DNA of 16,110 nucleotides from Selaginella moellendorffii. Taxonomy: Eukaryota > Plantae > Lycopodiophyta. Shown here piece after piece: positions 11,208 to 16,110 of the stretch (the stretch's first letter is position 1; the number at the start of each line of letters is the position of its first letter). The notes beneath the pieces were generated by a model. That model ran no database searches, was not told where the DNA came from, and worked only from the letters and a program-made list of their open reading frames with translations. The position numbers and the translations under genes are program-made. Location: contig NW_003314524.1 of assembly GCF_000143415.4 (NCBI RefSeq), positions 1 through 16,110 of the forward strand, read 5' to 3'.

Positions 11208-11209
<2 letters not shown>

Positions 11210-11883
11210 TTTTTTTCTTCTTTCTGGTCCATCTCGAAACACCACTGCCTAATCGCGTGAAGTGCTCCAGAGCTTTCAGAGGTAGAGGAGAGGAGCTGTA
11301 GCAGCTGGTCTGAGAGGGACGCGCGGTTTATTACTGTGAAGGTATAGCTCCTCTCCTGGCAGATTGTTCTTGTTTGTTTTTTGTTTTCTGAAAAAAAAAA
11401 ACCTCATGCGTGTCCGTTTTAAATGCAGTTCGGTGGAGATTGTCACACTGGCATGTGTTGGGCGAATTCTCTAAAGGCTTCGCAAACTTACGGAAACGGC
11501 AAAAGAGGTCAAGATCTCTCAACTTACGAGTGCTCGCTAGAAAGGTTGCGCTGCTGCCTTTGTTTTGTTCGTCCTTGGCCTTTTCTTTCTTCTTCGAGGT
11601 TTGCTTGCATCTATCGAGTCGAGCTGTGAGATCGACCTTGCGCTCGCTCAGTGCGCATTGCGCAACGTACTGACGAGGCCTTTTCCCTGAGCCTCTTTTT
11701 CCTTTCGAAAGTGAAACTCTGCATCTTTGGTGGCGTCATGGCTTTAGTGGCAGTGGTCCATTCTAGCTGGCTACGTTCCTCGTAGGGCTTGCTCGGTTTT
11801 CTTTGAAAAAAATGCGAGGCGGCATAACCGGTCTCTGGGGCTAAACTGTTGTGTTTTTCCAGGCCTGAAAGCTTGAAGTGACG

Positions 11884-13445
11884 ATGACGATGATCGTGCG
11901 GGAGATGATTCTGCTGGATCAAGCGTGCTTCGAGCCGGATGATCCCCACAGCTTCAACGATGATTCAGGATGGTTGGGACCTCCCAGTGCTGTTCCATTC
12001 GCCTGGGAGCTGGCTCCTGGAACTCCGAAGCAGGAGAGAAAATCAGCTCCTGAAGTGTCGGATTCAACAAGGGAGGCTTTCTCTGGAGAAGTTTGCAAGG
12101 CAATTGTCAAGGTTGAATCTGAAGGGGAGGACTCCGGCGAGCCGGACAGGCACTCAGTTCACATCTTAGAAAATGCCCCTCGCTCCTTCCTGGAGTCCCG
12201 GAACAGCGAAGTCTCAGGCGAGCCAGCGGATCATTTCAAGGAACGGACAGTCGCGTTCAAGTGGGAGATGGAGCCTGGCATACCGAGAGATCCATTGACG
12301 TGTCGGGAAGTTCTCGACTGCCCGCTTACGCCTCCGCCAGTGTTCCACTCCCGGAGCATGGTCGTGTACTCTAGCAGGAGCAGCAAGAAGACATTTTCTC
12401 TGTCCGAGAGATTGAGAAGCTTGCTGTGGATACAGCCGCACAGGAAGCAGCCCGACTTTCAAACGCGCCTGAATCCTCCAGGAAGGGCTTCCTCGAAGAC
12501 CACAAAGGCGACGCTTCTGCTCAAGAATTCACCGCACAACGGCTCAAGCAATTCGCTGTCGAAGAAGAACGGTGCTGCTCATTCGGACGAGGAGGAGGAC
12601 CTCTCACCAGTAAGTGTTTTGGATTACAACAGCTCCATGAGGTCCAGCAGCCACCCTGCGGATAACAGCAACAACAGTAACAGGCTTTCGTCGGCGTCGT
12701 CCTCGAGACGCTCGCACTATCACACGCCACAGCACTCTTTCTCCGGGGATGTCAACGCAGCAAACTTATCGTCGACAGGCAGCTTCACGTCGTTCATCGG
12801 ATCTAGCAAGCGAAGCAGTCTCTCGGCTCTTCTCATCCGGAGGAACAAGAACAGGGAGCCGACGGGCTGCTTGACGATGCTCCGCTCGAATTCATTCGCC
12901 ACTACAAACGACTCGTTTGAAGAGGCAGTGAGCGAGGTCAACAGCAGTGACAGATCCTCGTCTCTCAGCAGCGACGAGAATCACAAGAAGCCAGGCACCA
13001 ACAAAGACTGTGGCGAGAGCTCCGACGAAGACGCTCGATCGGTTTACTTCTCGCCGGCTCCAAACATCGAGAGTCCGAGGAAGTCATTCTCGTTCCAGAG
13101 CAGAGCCATGGACGACGAACGGGACGCCGCCAAGTTCAAGATCATTGACCGAGTCGACTCTCTGGAGACGATCGATCCGGGCTTTGCTCCATCGGAGCTT
13201 GGCGACGTTAGCTACCAGCGCAACATTCTCAACAGGATGACGAGCTGTGCTCGCTGGCAAAGGAAGCAGGCATCGATCAAGCAGACCAGGAGTGGCAGCC
13301 ATCTCGTAAGTTCTTTCACTTCATTTTTTTATCAAGATCTCTGCTAACACTGAGTGTACCAAAAACAAAATCTCTGTTCCAGGCCAGGAGCTTGTTTGGG
13401 CGAGTGACAGTGTGCTGCTACGTCCCGCGTGAAGATCAATGCTGA
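11884..13445 (+). CDS. Ser-rich, probably disordered plant protein with two DUF688-like motifs; probable exons 11884-13305 and 13383-13445
   Basis: Long ORF with PSAVPFAWELAPGTPK and VAFKWEMEPGIPR..LTPPP motifs and an SPVSVLD motif. First ATG is at 11884 (track start 11878 is GTG). Phase-0 GTAAGT donor at 13306, branch-like GCTAAC, acceptor at 13382 give the tail ARSLFGRVTVCCYVPREDQC. If unspliced, the ORF stops at 13347. Confidence 0.7.
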
Positions 13446-13617
13446 TGGCATTCATGGTCGACTTATTAGAACTCAACAAAAGCCAGCCAGTTCGTGATAG
13501 GAACAAGTGCTGCGTGTAAAAACAAAATGAAAATACAAAAAATTCTCATTGCGGCGTGCTTTAAGCTTGCTGAATGTACTAAGATTTTCAACGGTAAATA
13601 GTTTGGGTGAACAAAGT

Positions 13618-13804
13618 TTGGCAAGAACATATCTTGCAGAGAGATTTTAAGAACTTTGGTAGTTGCTTAGTGTTGGCAAGAAAATATCTTGAAGTGGAAC
13701 TTTGGTAGTTAGTTTAGAGGTTGGTAAGAAAATATCTTGAAGAGCATGGCTCGTGGATGAAGTTAAAGTTTAGTGATTTAAAGAAAGTATCAAGAAGAGC
13801 ATGG
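13618..13804. repeat. Degenerate tandem repeat, about 48-55 nt period, 3 copies plus a partial fourth
   Basis: TTGG(C/T)AAGAA(A/C)ATATCTTG starts at 13618, 13673 and 13721; GAACTTTGGTAGTT occurs twice; GAAGAGCATGG occurs twice. Confidence 0.75.
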
Positions 13805-13960
13805 ACGACGAGCAAGAGATTTCAAACTTTATGGTTGTCTCCAGCACGGCCTAGACAAACTTCTCGATCTTTTGGCGGTTCTCGAAGATCCAACCTTTAC
13901 GCCAGCGTAACGTCAAGCGATGTAAAACAAATTGTAATTTGAATAGCTCAGAGATTCAAT

Positions 13961-14033
13961 CGCCGCCCGAGGGGCTCGAACCCTCGGCCACAAGGTTAAG
14001 AGCCTTGCGCTCTGCCGACTGAGCTAGGGCGGC
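13961..14033 (-). tRNA. tRNA-Lys(CUU), 73 nt
   Basis: Minus strand GCCGCCCTAGCTCAGTCGGCAGAGCGCAAGGCTCTTAACCTTGTGGCCGAGGGTTCGAGCCCCTCGGGCGGCG folds as a full cloverleaf: acceptor stem GCCGCCC/GGGCGGC, anticodon stem CAAGG/CCTTG with loop CTCTTAA, T loop TTCGAGC; A and B boxes intact. Confidence 0.96.
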
Positions 14034-14103
14034 ATTAGCGGGAAAGAGAGTCGTTTAATTCAAACTCGATATTTAAACACACTTTTCTGATTTAGCGGCC
14101 ATT

Positions 14104-14109
14104 TATAAA
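14104..14109 (+). promoter_or_regulatory. Putative TATA box of the PIP gene
   Basis: TATAAA about 85 nt upstream of ATG 14192, followed by a pyrimidine-rich leader. Confidence 0.55.
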
Positions 14110-14191
14110 GAAACCACTGCTTCGTTCCTCTTTTCCCCTTCCTTGCTCGAGCCTTTCGTGTTTGTGAGAGCGCCCGCCCGCCCTCTCCACC

Positions 14192-14667
14192 ATGAGCAAG
14201 GACTTGGAGAATGGCAATGCCGCCAAGGATTTCTCTGAGCCCCCGCCGACGCCTCTCATCGATCTTGCGGAGCTCAAGTCGTGGTCGCTCTACCGGGCTT
14301 GCATCGTCGAGCTCGTTGCCACGCTCTTGTTCCTCTACATTGGCGTCACTGCGCTCATCGGGCACGCCAGGGCGCAGGCGGCCGCGGGCGGGGATTCTTG
14401 CGGCGGGATTGGGCTGCTGGGCGTCGCGTGGGTGTTCGGCGGCATGATCTTCGTCCTCGTCTACTGCACGGCCGGCGTCTCTGGTACGCATCGATTCATC
14501 CATCGCTTTCTTTCTCCGATTGCCCGTCTTGTTTTGCCGCTTCTTTCTCGTTTCTTGATTTTCAAAATAGTTCGTGCCGCCATTGGCGATTTCTTTACTC
14601 TGTTCTTCCCCAATTCTTCTCCGCGATCCAGCTTCCTCCCAAGAACAAGAAATCCCTGGGATCCATA

Positions 14668-14703
<36 letters not shown>

Positions 14704-15614
14704 CACAGATTTCTTCTGGCTGTGTAGGTGGTCATCTAAATCCTGCCGTTACATTTGGCATGTTCTTGGCCCGGAAGGTTTCGATTCCCCGTGCGCTGCT
14801 CTACGTTGCGTCCCAGGTCGCGGGCGCGATCTTTGGGGCGGGGCTGGCCAAAGGCTTCCAGGCCAGCTTCTACAATGGCAACATGGGTGGCGCCACTTTC
14901 ATCCAGAATGGCTACACCAAAGCCGAGGGACTGGGCGCTGAGATCATCGGGACTTTTGTGCTCGCTTACACTGTCTTCTCCGCCACTGATCCCAAACGAG
15001 TTGCTCGTGACTCTCACGTTCCGGTAAGTGTTTCTCATGCCTCTTTTCCACCTTTTTCCTCTTTCATCCTGAATAGTCATTCATTCTTAGTCCCTTTTTC
15101 TTGCTCTTTTTCTCCTGTGCTTCTGGATTCATGCCGAGCGCCAAAAAGAGAGGAAAAGAAACAAGGATCGACTCAGGTTGATCGTGACTCCCTGCTTGAC
15201 TTACAGGGAACTTGACTGACTCAGACTTAGCAGCCGCGGGTTGTAGTGGAACTAATTAGTTCTAGTTTTGATTTTCAGGTCCTCGCTCCGCTCCCGATCG
15301 GATTCGCCGTGTTCATGGTTCACCTGGCTCTGCTGCCCGTGACTGGCTCGAGTGTGAATCCGGCTCGCAGCTTTGCAACGGCTGTCATCTACAATAACAG
15401 CAGAGTTTGGAACGATCAGGTAAGTTGGTTCTTCCGCATTTAATTCGCAGCCGAAAGAAAGAAAAAATTCGTTTGTTTGGATCTCCAGTGGGTTTACTGG
15501 GTTGGACCGCTTCTTGGAGCTGCGCTCGCCGCAATGTATCATCAATACATTCTTCGTGGCGGAGCTCGCGCCGTCAGAGCTCTCAACTCTTTCAGGAGTT
15601 CGTCCATGCACTAA
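14192..15614 (+). CDS. Plasma membrane intrinsic protein (PIP aquaporin, PIP2-like termini), 4 exons (14192-14483, 14728-15023, 15279-15419, 15489-15614), 284 aa
   Basis: [58 protein letters not shown], second NPARSF, WVYWVGP, C-terminal SFRS. Three GT-AG introns at the usual PIP positions (internal exons 296 and 141 nt). Confidence 0.96.
14671..14700. repeat. (GA)15 microsatellite in PIP intron 1
   Basis: Directly visible dinucleotide run just upstream of the 3' splice site. Confidence 0.97.
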
Positions 15615-15775
15615 AACGACGTAGAAGTAAGTTGGCTTATGTGTTCTAATTAATCACTAGTTACAAAGTAGATTTCCCATTCACTTGTAAAAAAAATGTT
15701 TACACACAAGCAAAGCAAGCACAAGAAAAACTATTTACTTGAATCCACCACACTCGTATAGACACACAAGTAATT

Positions 15776-16110
15776 TTAGATGGGAGCTACCTTGCTAAAG
15801 AGACGCAAGATTCCAAACGTGACAAGCATTGCCATCCATCCTCCCAGCACGACCCTTGCAATCGACTTTGGCAGCGGGCTCCCGCCCATCCACGCCCCAA
15901 TCGCCCCGAAAATGAAGAGCCCAGCGCTGGTTGACACCGCCAATGCGATCATCCGGAGCTTGAATCCCTCCACAAACGCCCCGGCAAGCAGGGGAATCAT
16001 CCCCCCGGAGGAAAACGCGGTTGCGGACGCGAGCGCTGCCTGGATAGGATTGGCGAGATCATCCACATCGATCCCGAGCTCCTCCCGCGCGTGGATTTTC
16101 ACGGGATCCT
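15776..16110 (-). CDS. VIT1/CCC1-family vacuolar iron transporter-like protein, C-terminal part only
   Basis: HAREELGID..LANPIQAALASATAFSSGGMIPLL and ARVVLGGWMAMLVTFGI are VIT1/nodulin-21-type motifs; 5' part lies beyond the window. Confidence 0.88.
   Translation of the reverse strand, partial: DPVKIHAREELGIDVDDLANPIQAALASATAFSSGGMIPLLAGAFVEGFKLRMIALAVSTSAGLFIFGAIGAWMGGSPLPKSIARVVLGGWMAMLVTFGILRLFSKVAPI

Noticed and set aside
9782-11949. Short ORFs in the NHP2 to DUF688 interval, including those crossing the CT repeat
   Set aside because: No family motifs; low-complexity translations of microsatellite and UTR sequence.
13900-13960. Dicistronic tRNA-snoRNA downstream of tRNA-Lys
   Set aside because: No C box after the tRNA 3' end, and a T-run terminator candidate follows within about 35 nt.
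14038-14045. E2F-like site GCGGGAAA next to the tRNA
   Set aside because: A single 8-mer is expected by chance in a window this size, and no cell-cycle gene is adjacent.

Overview
Gene-dense eukaryotic (land-plant) nuclear DNA with very short introns (mostly about 50-65 nt). This style, plus a riboswitch on THI1, suggests a lycophyte such as Selaginella (inference only). Left to right: (1) 5' part of a multi-exon GMI1/SMCHD1-like GHKL-ATPase gene on the minus strand, running off the left edge across a 190-nt N gap; (2) an intronless, secreted, cysteine-poor thaumatin-like protein; (3) thiazole synthase THI1 (minus) with a complete TPP riboswitch aptamer in its 3' UTR, flanked by candidate splice sites; (4) the H/ACA snoRNP protein NHP2 (minus), whose unusually long first intron holds three tandem box C/D snoRNAs that all carry the same 12-nt guide to 18S rRNA helix 18 (snR77/SNORD65-type target); (5) a DUF688-like Ser-rich protein; (6) a short degenerate tandem repeat; (7) a sequence-divergent tRNA-Lys(CUU); (8) a 4-exon PIP aquaporin with an atypical loop E; (9) the 3' end of a VIT1/CCC1-family transporter. 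The most notable signals are non-coding and invisible in the ORF track: the THI1 TPP riboswitch and the triple C/D snoRNA cluster inside NHP2. All calls are from reading the sequence and recalled family knowledge; no searches were run.
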